The notes under the pieces: generated by a model
Databases searched by the model: none
Told to the model about the DNA's origin: nothing
Seen by the model: only the letters and a program-made list of their open reading frames with translations
Program-made: the position numbers and the translations under genes
Assembly (NCBI GenBank): GCA_964600895.1
Contig: CAZRKP010000019.1
Location: 10,730 to 74,729 of the forward strand
Direction of reading: 5' to 3'
Source: an uncultured Victivallis sp.
GTDB taxonomy: Bacteria; Verrucomicrobiota; Lentisphaeria; Victivallales; GWF2-50-93
Length of the DNA: 64,000 nucleotides
Part shown: positions 17,071-25,773 of the stretch, piece after piece
Numbering within the stretch: the first letter of the stretch is position 1
Layout: every line of letters starts with the position of its first letter

Positions 17071-20000
17071 TTAAAACATTGCATAAATAGAATCCGGTAT
17101 TTCTTCTTGGAGGTCGGCATGAACAGGATATTTACGTCCAAGTCTCAATAAATCCAAGACCAAAGGTTTTAATATTTCAGCATCTTCATGATATTGCCAT
17201 GAAGAGAGAATCCCTTCGGTAAGTTCTTTGAGATCTGCATTTTCAGATAAAACAGCCTCCTGATATTCAAATAATTTCTTAATGTCCTTTGGTTCAGAAG
17301 CATCGATCCAAGATGAGGATGCAAAAGATATTTTACGGCAAATTTTAAGCTTGTCTTCAGAATATAATTTATTAGAAAGCAATTTTAATTCTGAAATAAA
17401 ATATCTTCTTAGTTCTTTTAAAAACTTTTTATCGTATGGGGATTTATCATCCGGTTTGGACTTTATGCTTTCAAGCCCTATCCCTTTACCTTCAGGCCAA
17501 TTGGGTTGATCTCTTTTTGTCAAAATAAAATTACCTAAAGCAAGAATATCTATTTCAGTACGCATAAAACATCGATAAGCATCTGATGGTGTGCATACTA
17601 TAGGTTCACCTCGAACATTAAAAGAAGTATTGACAACAACCGAACAGCCAGTCCTGTCTTTAAATGCCTTGATTAACTTATAGTACTCAGGTGAAAATTC
17701 TTTATTCACCGTTTGAACTCTGGCAGAATAATCGACATGTGTAATTGCTGGAATATCACTCCGCAGCTTTTTGACAATCGGAAGCATATCATCAATATTA
17801 TCAGGCATTTCAAAAGGTAAACGCCTTTCTTTTTTTACAGGTGCAACCAGTAACATGTAAGGACTTTCACAATTCATCTCAAAATAATTATTGACATCTT
17901 CCTTTAACACTGAAGGGGCAAAGGGGCGAAAAGATTCTCGATATTTGATTTTTAAATTCATGTTTACTTGCATCTCGGTATTGCGAGGATCTCCTATTAT
18001 AGACCTGCTACCTAGGGCTCGAGGACCATATTCAAGCCTCCCAGAAAAATTTCCTATAATTTTACCATCATCTAGTGCACTTGCCAGAAATTCCATTCTC
18101 TTATCATCTTCCATATATTTATAAGGATAACCGTAAGTATCAAGATAAGCTTTAATTTCATCATTGGAAAATGAGGGGCCCCAGCAAGAACTACGTTGGA
18201 CAGCCAGTCCATCATCTTTAACATAACGCTTGTTAGAAAAGTATTCATGCCAAACATCATAAGCTGCTCCAAGTGCACATCCAGAATCTCCGGCGGCAGG
18301 CTGTATCCATATGTCTTCAGATGGACCTTCTAACAGTAAACGGCCGTTTGCTACGCAATTTAATGCCACTCCGCCTGCCATGCACAACTTTTTCTCTCCG
18401 GTCAAGTTATGAGCAGTTTTAGCCATCCGGAGAATTACTTCCTCAGTTACTGTCTGAATAGATTTTGCAATATCCATTTCCCGTCTGGTAATTTGTGAAT
18501 CCTTTTCTCTGGCAGGACCATTAAAAAGATCGGCAAATTTATCATTAGTCATCTTAAGATCATCAAGAAAACTGAAATATTCCATGTTTAATTCAATTGA
18601 ACCATCTTCTTTAAGGTCAATAATCTTGTCTAGAATTAAGTCTTTATAGATAGGTCTACCATATGGTGCCAATCCCATCATTTTGTATTCTCCTGAATTT
18701 ACTTTGAAACCAGTAAATTCAGTAAATGCTGAATATAAAAGACCGAGTGAATTTGGGAATTGCATTTCTTTCAAAATCGTAATTTTATTTCCCTCTCCTC
18801 GTCCAATTGAAGCAGTTCCCCATTCTCCAACCCCATCAATTGTTAGTATAGCCGCTCTATCAAAAGGAGAAGGATAAAATGCGCTAGCGGCATGAGAACG
18901 GTGGTGATTACCTTGCAGGACTAATCCGCTATAATTCATATACTTGCGTATCAATGAAGGAATAAAGAGCTTATAATGAAGCCACGTTGGTAACATTTGC
19001 ATCCACATTTTTTCTGCTTTGTCCCCAGAGACTAGAAGTGAGTGAATTATCCTTTCAAAAGTAAGCGAGGAATTGTCATAATACACAACAGAATCTAGAT
19101 GTTCTGAATTGATTCCTGCCTCCTCAAGGCAGTAGTTTACGGCATTGTGCGGAAAACGCCGGTCATTCTTTATCCTAGTAAATCTCTCCTCTTCAACAGC
19201 GGCAACAATCTCTCCATTTTTAATTAAGCTTGCTGCGGAATTATGGTAGAAACAGGAGAGTCCAAGCACATATTTGTCAGATTTTGATTTAAACGGTAAA
19301 GAGACTGAATATTGTAATATTTCCTGTTGATTTAAAGGAATAATATTATTTTTCCTAATATAATCAGCTAAGGTATTTGCTACGATATTATGAGCAATGG
19401 GAGAAAAGTGTCCACCGATTCGATACGTAAGACTTTTTCGTTCGTTTTTTGGAATTTTCAATAATGGAGTTGTAATATCAGCGACAAAGACACCGTGATC
19501 AGGCTTGGCCATGGATTCAAATAAGGGCTGATATATCGGCGTGATGTCATTTAGGTAGAATTCTTGGGATGGGATAGGAATAATTAGAACAGGAAGAGGG
19601 GCTGCTTCAGAAATGAATTGTTCCAGTATGGTTTTCATTAGTTTCCAGCCAGGTGAGGAACTGTCTTGGAAATCAGGATACGGTTGTTTTTTACTGCGTA
19701 AATTATGAATTCCTCCCCTAACAACTTTCCTCACAGGGGCCATTGCTTTACAGTTTTTATAAAAGCTGTGAATTTGTGTAAACATGCCTTTTTGAGTTGT
19801 TTCAAGCCCTTCTGCAATAACTCTCTCTCTGGGAACTGGAACATTGTTCAGTTTAAGTTTATTATCATTACAAAGTGTAAAATAAGGCTTTGAAACCATG
19901 ACTCTCTTCCCAGTAATGCGATCAATAGATTCACGACTTTTTGCCTGAATTCTGGCTATGCTATCAACCTGTACACATATAATTATTAAATCCGCTTCAA

Positions 20001-20352
20001 TATTTTTGGCAAACTCTCGATATATAAGTAAATGTTGGTCAGTTCCAGAACCGGAAACAGCATAATTGTATACTTGTGCATTGAGTTCTTTACCCAGCTT
20101 ATCCGAAAATCGGTCTGAGTTACTGCAATTATCTCCGGCAGTGTATGAATCTCCAAAAATCAAAATCCTATGATTGTTTCCCTTGCTGGGGATAAATTCT
20201 GTGTCGGAACGAAATCCGCTTGAGTTGGTGACAACAAAAAAACCATTTTTCTCATTTTCCAATCTGGTTTTTTGATTTGGTACAAAAATATATCCAACTT
20301 GGGGATGATATTGCATTACCATCCTATGTGTTGTCTGTTTTATAGAAAACAT
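17071..20352 (-). CDS. Fusion protein: N-terminal SGNH/GDSL-type hydrolase-like domain + NodU/CmcH-type carbamoyltransferase + about 150-aa C-terminal extension
   Basis: 1093 aa. Residues about 60-350 carry ILIFGDSYTAGD (GDS block I), YAVSGSGTDQ (block II-like) and GGHFSPIAHN (block V-like). From about aa 358 the protein is a full carbamoyltransferase: KYVLGLSCFYHNSAASLIKNGEIVAAVEEERFTRIKND, HHRSHAASAFYPSPF, NTSFNVRGEPIV. It is bracketed by AT-rich gaps of 239 and 454 bp. Confidence 0.8.
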   Translation of the reverse strand: MFSIKQTTHRMVMQYHPQVGYIFVPNQKTRLENEKNGFFVVTNSSGFRSDTEFIPSKGNNHRILIFGDSYTAGDNCSNSDRFSDKLGKELNAQVYNYAVSGSGTDQHLLIYREFAKNIEADLIIICVQVDSIARIQAKSRESIDRITGKRVMVSKPYFTLCNDNKLKLNNVPVPRERVIAEGLETTQKGMFTQIHSFYKNCKAMAPVRKVVRGGIHNLRSKKQPYPDFQDSSSPGWKLMKTILEQFISEAAPLPVLIIPIPSQEFYLNDITPIYQPLFESMAKPDHGVFVADITTPLLKIPKNERKSLTYRIGGHFSPIAHNIVANTLADYIRKNNIIPLNQQEILQYSVSLPFKSKSDKYVLGLSCFYHNSAASLIKNGEIVAAVEEERFTRIKNDRRFPHNAVNYCLEEAGINSEHLDSVVYYDNSSLTFERIIHSLLVSGDKAEKMWMQMLPTWLHYKLFIPSLIRKYMNYSGLVLQGNHHRSHAASAFYPSPFDRAAILTIDGVGEWGTASIGRGEGNKITILKEMQFPNSLGLLYSAFTEFTGFKVNSGEYKMMGLAPYGRPIYKDLILDKIIDLKEDGSIELNMEYFSFLDDLKMTNDKFADLFNGPAREKDSQITRREMDIAKSIQTVTEEVILRMAKTAHNLTGEKKLCMAGGVALNCVANGRLLLEGPSEDIWIQPAAGDSGCALGAAYDVWHEYFSNKRYVKDDGLAVQRSSCWGPSFSNDEIKAYLDTYGYPYKYMEDDKRMEFLASALDDGKIIGNFSGRLEYGPRALGSRSIIGDPRNTEMQVNMNLKIKYRESFRPFAPSVLKEDVNNYFEMNCESPYMLLVAPVKKERRLPFEMPDNIDDMLPIVKKLRSDIPAITHVDYSARVQTVNKEFSPEYYKLIKAFKDRTGCSVVVNTSFNVRGEPIVCTPSDAYRCFMRTEIDILALGNFILTKRDQPNWPEGKGIGLESIKSKPDDKSPYDKKFLKELRRYFISELKLLSNKLYSEDKLKICRKISFASSSWIDASEPKDIKKLFEYQEAVLSENADLKELTEGILSSWQYHEDAEILKPLVLDLLRLGRKYPVHADLQEEIPDSIYAMF

Positions 20353-20806
20353 GTTTTTACTCCGCTATAAATTAATTATCTTATATAAATTATATATATT
20401 TTCAACAAGACTTGAGATATACATCATTTTAAAAGTATATTTTATGAAAAATATCTGAAGAAGTAAAATATAAAGTAGTTATTTTAATACGAATAGATGT
20501 GCAATTATTTTAATCAAATGATGACTAGTTATAACAGCAGAATACAATGGATAGCATAAAATACTTGAACTGTGAAAGTATGTCCGGGATATTCTTAAGT
20601 CGGGTTATCTAGTCTGAATTCTTTTGTATATGACAAAACTGCTGAAAGCAAATTTCGAAATACTGAAGGCAAGGGGGTTGTCCTTGAATTAGTTCTCCAT
20701 AAAACATAGAATAAGCGAACTGTGTTGTAATGGATTGCTCAAGTATGAGTTATAAAAAGCCATGATAAAGTTGCGAAAATTATGATAATATTCAAATATG
20801 AAGTAA

Positions 20807-22675
20807 TTACGATGCTAAATTACTCATCCAATAATCCATGCAGAAGAGCCTAAACATCCTGATTGAATTAAAATTGCCACCTGCAAGTATTTCCTTTATT
20901 TCTTTGAAATCTTCAGAAATGAATTCGGTTACGGGATGATTGCTTTCAGAGGCCCAGTTTAGGAGATATTTGTTGAATACACCGGATTTCATCCATTTAT
21001 CCTGTGGGGTTTCGAAGCCTTTTTTATCTTTCCTCCAGCATATGTCCTTGGGCAGTTTTGAGTCCATTGCCTTTCTGAAAAGATACTTTGTCCATCCCTT
21101 TCTCATATTGTGTTCGGGATTGATGGAAAGAATAAGTTCAACCAGATTAACATCAAGAAAAGGAACACGTGACTCTATGGAGAAGGCCATTGAGTTCCTA
21201 TCCTCCCATTTCAGCAAACGAGGAAGGTGTATCCTGAAAATCTCAGCATTGCGATATTCTCTTGGAGATAGGATTTGGGCATCGCGATGCCATTGAATTG
21301 TATTTAAAGCTTCAGATTGTCCCAGATATTTGCTTTTGATTGAGAAAGGTAGAGCTCTGGAATTTCTTTTCCTGTATTCAGACAGGTGGGAAAAGATCTG
21401 TGAGAAAAATTCCCTGTTCCCTCCTATTAAAGAAGCTCCAACATGTTTTAATAACGGAAGGAAGTCATTTTTGCAGTAATAATTATTCAGCATTAGAAAA
21501 TATGAAGTCCAGTATCCTGAAAAAAGCTCATCTCCACCTTGCCCGTCGAGAAGAACAGGAACTTTCCGTGTGCTGGCAGCCTGCATGATCTTATACTGTG
21601 CGTAAACACTGAGGCTACCGACAGGCTCATCATGTTTGCGAAAGAATTCAGGAAGATCAGCGATAAATTCATTAGGATTTGGAAAAACTTGGATATGACT
21701 GCTTCCGGTCTTGTCTATTATACTCTTCATAAATCTCCGCTCATCGAGTTGGGGATCTTCAAAGCATGCAGAAAAAGCATTGAAATCATGAGATGGCTGC
21801 AGTTGTTTCATTTCTGTGAATATTGCCGAAGAGTCGAGTCCACCTGATAGGCATCCACCGACAGGAACATCTGATCTTAGTCGGAAGTTTACTGAGGCTG
21901 TGAATACATTCATAATTCTAGAAATAAGCTCTTTTTCAGAATGTTTATAAATAGGCATATTTTCTGGGAACCAGAATTTTTCCGGTATTACTTCAGGGGA
22001 ATCAATATCTATTTCAGCATAGCATCCCGGTGGAAAAGATAATACATCCTTGAAACAGGTTTCAGGTGGTATTTCATATCCTGTTAAAAGATAGGAAAGG
22101 CATGAATCTGTATTAGGCTCTTTTTTAAAGGTAGGAAGCTCAAAGAATTGCTTTATCTCGGAAGCTATTGCAAGCATTTTACCTTTTAAGTAATAGTAAA
22201 CAGGCTTGACGCCTATTCTGTCCCTTGATATAACAATCTTTCTTCTTTTCCTGTCTAAAATTACAAATGCCCACATGCCATTAAACATTGATAGACAATT
22301 AATTCCCCATTTTTTATATGACTCAATAATAACTTCAGTGTCAGTCTTTGACCTGAATGAAATACCTTCTTTTTCTAGCTCCTGCCGTATTTCTATATAA
22401 TTATATATCTCACCGTTGTAAATAATGGCAAGTGACTTGTCGGTTGAAAGCATTGGCTGGGAGCCATTTTCTGAGAGATCAATTATTGAAAGTCTGCGGT
22501 GGCCAAGTCCAACAAGGAAATTATTATCGTCAGTTTGAGGAAGACCATCGGAATCTGCAAATTTCAATATGCCCATGCTATCAGGCCCCCTGTGAGATAC
22601 ACGTTTTGTGTAGCAGGTCAATATTCTGTCATCAATGGAATGGCTTTTGTCTATTATACAGGATATTCCACACAT
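20807..22675 (-). CDS. Asparagine synthase (glutamine-hydrolysing) family amidotransferase, paralogue 1
   Basis: 622 aa. MCGISCII gives the Cys-2 Ntn nucleophile. PP-loop CLSGGLDSS. Confidence 0.9.
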   Translation of the reverse strand: MCGISCIIDKSHSIDDRILTCYTKRVSHRGPDSMGILKFADSDGLPQTDDNNFLVGLGHRRLSIIDLSENGSQPMLSTDKSLAIIYNGEIYNYIEIRQELEKEGISFRSKTDTEVIIESYKKWGINCLSMFNGMWAFVILDRKRRKIVISRDRIGVKPVYYYLKGKMLAIASEIKQFFELPTFKKEPNTDSCLSYLLTGYEIPPETCFKDVLSFPPGCYAEIDIDSPEVIPEKFWFPENMPIYKHSEKELISRIMNVFTASVNFRLRSDVPVGGCLSGGLDSSAIFTEMKQLQPSHDFNAFSACFEDPQLDERRFMKSIIDKTGSSHIQVFPNPNEFIADLPEFFRKHDEPVGSLSVYAQYKIMQAASTRKVPVLLDGQGGDELFSGYWTSYFLMLNNYYCKNDFLPLLKHVGASLIGGNREFFSQIFSHLSEYRKRNSRALPFSIKSKYLGQSEALNTIQWHRDAQILSPREYRNAEIFRIHLPRLLKWEDRNSMAFSIESRVPFLDVNLVELILSINPEHNMRKGWTKYLFRKAMDSKLPKDICWRKDKKGFETPQDKWMKSGVFNKYLLNWASESNHPVTEFISEDFKEIKEILAGGNFNSIRMFRLFCMDYWMSNLAS

Positions 22676-23742
22676 TTTATCAATTCCTTGTATATAGAAA
22701 GAAACTTTGAAGTATTTTTTTTGAAATCATAATTATCCGCAATCATTGCAGTATTTATCCTTGATGCTTTCTTCCTTGTTTCGATATTCTCAAAAGCAGT
22801 AGTCATATTATATGCAAGGCCGATTGATGCGATAGAAGGGCTAATGAGGGTCCCATTATGGTTATCCTTTATTAATGCGCGCGATGCTATCATGTCAGTA
22901 ATGATAGGATAAACTCCACATGCACATGCTTCAAGGAGCGAACTTGATACTCCTTCGGTTTCGATTGTTGAGACATATATGTCGGAGTTCTGGAGTTTAG
23001 CGGCAACATCTCTTGGAGGAAGTTTTCCCAGAAAGGATGTCTTACTGGATATACCAAGGATATTGGCTAAATTTATCAATTTACCCCTTTCCGGCCCTTC
23101 ACCAATTATTTGCAGGGTTGCATTTGGATATTTCTCCAGAACATGACGGAATGCTTCAAGAATCTTGGGGATCCTGTAGCCAGGGAAAAGCGATCTTGTG
23201 GAGATGAAAACGGGTTCATTGGGCACTGATTTCGTCAGTGAAGGTTTGAAAATATCAAGATCGATGCCTCGATGCATAACCAATATCTTGTTTTCATCGG
23301 CACCGAGTTCCCTGAGCCTCGGTAACATGTTTTTACCCCAGGCGTGTATTAAATCTGCTTTGGCGACAGCTTTGCTAGCAAAATATTCAAGTATTTTTTT
23401 TCTCAAAGGATTTGGCTTGGGAAGGTATGTGATCTGTTCATTTTGTGCTGCAAGGACAAGTGGATGAAATCCCGTACAGGAGCAAAGATACCCGTAGCTT
23501 GTAACCCGATAACCAATCAGTATATCAGGTTTGATCTTGGAGATCAACTCTCGAAGTTTTCCTGACCTGAAGATGAAGTTGAGTCTAGCTGGAAGTAAAG
23601 GATTGCCAATGGCAATAATCCCTTCTGAGCTTTTCTCCGCCCTGACAGAGGCAATGGTGACTTCAGCGCCAAGTTCCCTGAATCCTTTAGCCCAGGCAAG
23701 GGTGTTGGCGCTCTTCTCGTCCGCGCAGAGTAGTATTTTCAT
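22654..23742 (-). CDS. GT4-family glycosyltransferase
   Basis: 362 aa with GT-B architecture. C-terminal EGVSSSLLEACACGVYPIITD block (E-x7-E-like). It overlaps the downstream AsnB start by 22 nt. Confidence 0.8.
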   Translation of the reverse strand: MKILLCADEKSANTLAWAKGFRELGAEVTIASVRAEKSSEGIIAIGNPLLPARLNFIFRSGKLRELISKIKPDILIGYRVTSYGYLCSCTGFHPLVLAAQNEQITYLPKPNPLRKKILEYFASKAVAKADLIHAWGKNMLPRLRELGADENKILVMHRGIDLDIFKPSLTKSVPNEPVFISTRSLFPGYRIPKILEAFRHVLEKYPNATLQIIGEGPERGKLINLANILGISSKTSFLGKLPPRDVAAKLQNSDIYVSTIETEGVSSSLLEACACGVYPIITDMIASRALIKDNHNGTLISPSIASIGLAYNMTTAFENIETRKKASRINTAMIADNYDFKKNTSKFLSIYKELIKCVEYPV

Positions 23743-23762
23743 CTATAAATTTCTACCGAAAT

Positions 23763-24866
23763 TTATTTGTAAAACTCCTTGATGGAGTCGACGACGTATT
23801 TTATCTGGTCAGATGTAAGCTCCGGATAAATCGGAAGAGCAACTGTTTCAGCTGCAGCTTTCTCTGATTCCGGGAAATCGCCCTTCTTGTGACCAAGTGC
23901 CTTGAAACAGGCCTGTTCATGCAGGCTGAGAGGATAGTATATTTCAGTTCCAATTCCTTTTTCAGTTAGGAATTTCCTCAGTTCATCCCTCTTAGGTATC
24001 CTTATGACATACTGGTTGAAGATTGAGACATTGTGTTTTTCGATGAACGGCGTGACAATCTGTTTAATACCGCTCAGAAGTTCATTGTATTTGGCAGCAT
24101 TCTTCCTGCGTCCTTCTGACCATGAATTCAGATATTTAAGTTTGACTATGAGTATTGCTGCATGGATGGTGTCGAGACGGAAGTTTCCACCTACCACTTG
24201 ATGGTAATATTTCGGCTTGGAACCATGCCCGCGCATTATCTCGAGTTTTTCTCCAAGGACAGGATCCTGAGTAGTGATGATTCCACCATCGCCGGCTGTG
24301 CCGAGGTTCTTTGAAGGGAAAAAGCTGAAACAGCCGACTGTTCCAATGGAACCTGCCTGTCTGCCCTTGTATGTGGAACCAATGCTCTGGCAGGCATCCT
24401 CGATGACAAATAGGTTATGCTTCTTTGAGATCTCCATGATTGGGTCCATATCCGCCATCTGGCCGAAGAGATGAACAGGTATGATCGCTTTTGTCTTTTT
24501 GGTGATTGCTTTCTCGATCTTTTTGACGTCGATATTGTATGTCTTAGGATCAATGTCCACAAATACCGGCTTGGCACCTGTTCTCCAGATGCATCCAGCT
24601 GTTGCAAAGAAAGTGAATGGAGTAGTGATGACCTCGTCGCCGATGCCGATGTTGAAGGTCATGAGAGCGCAGAGGAGGGCGTCGGTGCCACTGGACACGC
24701 CTATCGCGGACTTGCAGGTTGTATATGAGGCTATCTGCTTCTCGAGCTCCTTTACCTGCGGTCCATTGATGAACTGCTGAGATTCAAATACGGCCTCAAC
24801 GGACTTCATTACTTCATCTTTTATAGGTTTGAACTGGGCCTTCAAGTCAAGCAGTGGAACATTCAT
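23763..24866 (-). CDS. DegT-family aminotransferase (WbpE-like, 3-keto-uronate aminotransferase type)
   Basis: 367 aa. MNVPLLDLKAQFKPIKDEV... and the PLP-lysine motif SFFPSKNLGTAGDGG. It sits next to WbpD- and WbpB-like genes. Confidence 0.9.
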   Translation of the reverse strand: MNVPLLDLKAQFKPIKDEVMKSVEAVFESQQFINGPQVKELEKQIASYTTCKSAIGVSSGTDALLCALMTFNIGIGDEVITTPFTFFATAGCIWRTGAKPVFVDIDPKTYNIDVKKIEKAITKKTKAIIPVHLFGQMADMDPIMEISKKHNLFVIEDACQSIGSTYKGRQAGSIGTVGCFSFFPSKNLGTAGDGGIITTQDPVLGEKLEIMRGHGSKPKYYHQVVGGNFRLDTIHAAILIVKLKYLNSWSEGRRKNAAKYNELLSGIKQIVTPFIEKHNVSIFNQYVIRIPKRDELRKFLTEKGIGTEIYYPLSLHEQACFKALGHKKGDFPESEKAAAETVALPIYPELTSDQIKYVVDSIKEFYK

Positions 24867-24942
24867 TTATTACCTCAAAAATAATTTGTTAGACAAAAGA
24901 GAATCATGAAAGAAACAAAAAATATAGTAAAATTCGGCAATT

Positions 24943-25111
24943 TCAATTTTTCCCTTCTGAAATCGCAATTATGGCGCCAAGTGGGTTCCCATCTTTTATC
25001 CTGCCTTTGGGATTTATAACCATCATAGAGAGGTCTCCGTCAAGAAACAGGGCATTGGCACAGCCAAGCGACTTGAAGAATTCTGCAGATCCATATATAT
25101 CTTTATGGATT
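24943..25111 (-). pseudogene. Probable 3' remnant of a phosphodiester glycosidase (NAGPA/DUF2233) family gene
   Basis: The non-overlapping tail of track ORF 24943..25233 reads KIHKDIYGSAEFFKSLGCANALFLDGDLSMMVINPKGRIKDGNPLGAIIAISEGKN. From memory, the LGC.NAL.LDG..S block matches the C-terminal signature of that family. There is no N-terminal domain, and the upstream part of the ORF lies inside the acetyltransferase gene in another frame. Confidence 0.35.
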
Positions 25112-25768
25112 TTATTTCTTGAACTCATCATAAGTTTTCTTACCGAGTTTCTTATCCTCGGGTAGGGGAGATTCCTCATCAAGGTCGAGGCACTTGAGGA
25201 CGCTAGGCTTGACTTCTTTGTATTTGTATCCACTCTCAGGACAGGTTAATACTCCATCCTTGTCAGGATTCTTGAGCAGATGTCCGTGACGGCTCATCCA
25301 GCCCTTTTGCTTTGCCGGGACCCCCATCATTAGGGCGTAGTCCGGAACATCCTTCGCCACGACGGCACCAGCCGCGATGAAGCAATATCTCCCTAGGGTG
25401 ATCCCGCAGACTATAGTTGCGTTTGCGCCGATGGTTGTTCCACGCCTGAAGATAGTCCTCTCGTATAGCGAATGACGCAATACCTGGCTCCTGGGATTTG
25501 TCACATTTGTCAGTACGCAGGATGGACCGAAGAAGACATCGTCTTCGACGAGAGCGCCGGTATAGATAGAGACGTTGTTCTGGATCTTTACATTGTTACC
25601 GAGCTTGACACCGTCGGCGATGCTGACGTTCTGTCCGATGATGCAATTTTCTCCGATAACTGCACCCTTGTAGATGTGGCTGAAATGCCAGATCTTGGTA
25701 CCTTTACCTATAACGGCACCTTCATCAACGTAGGATGATTCATGTACGAAATACGGAAGATTGCTCAT
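25112..25768 (-). CDS. Left-handed beta-helix N-acetyltransferase (WbpD/WlbB-like)
   Basis: 218 aa with hexapeptide repeats. FVHESSYVDEGAVIGKGTKIWHFSHIYKGAVIGENCIIGQNV and GVPAKQKGWMSRHG are typical of the WbpD/WlbB subgroup. Confidence 0.85.
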   Translation of the reverse strand: MSNLPYFVHESSYVDEGAVIGKGTKIWHFSHIYKGAVIGENCIIGQNVSIADGVKLGNNVKIQNNVSIYTGALVEDDVFFGPSCVLTNVTNPRSQVLRHSLYERTIFRRGTTIGANATIVCGITLGRYCFIAAGAVVAKDVPDYALMMGVPAKQKGWMSRHGHLLKNPDKDGVLTCPESGYKYKEVKPSVLKCLDLDEESPLPEDKKLGKKTYDEFKK

Positions 25769-25773
25769 GTTTA

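Noticed and set aside
17059-17082. Inverted repeat GCAATG-N12-CATTGC at the 3' end of the 1093-aa gene as a terminator
   Set aside because: The stem is only 6 bp and AT-rich, no U-tract follows in the transcribed direction, and the repeat straddles the stop codon. It is too weak to call.
24943-25233. 96-aa ORF as an intact small gene
   Set aside because: Its first 40 codons lie inside the acetyltransferase gene in another frame. Only the last 56 aa look protein-like, and they match just the extreme C-terminus of a much larger family. It is treated as a relic, not a functional CDS.
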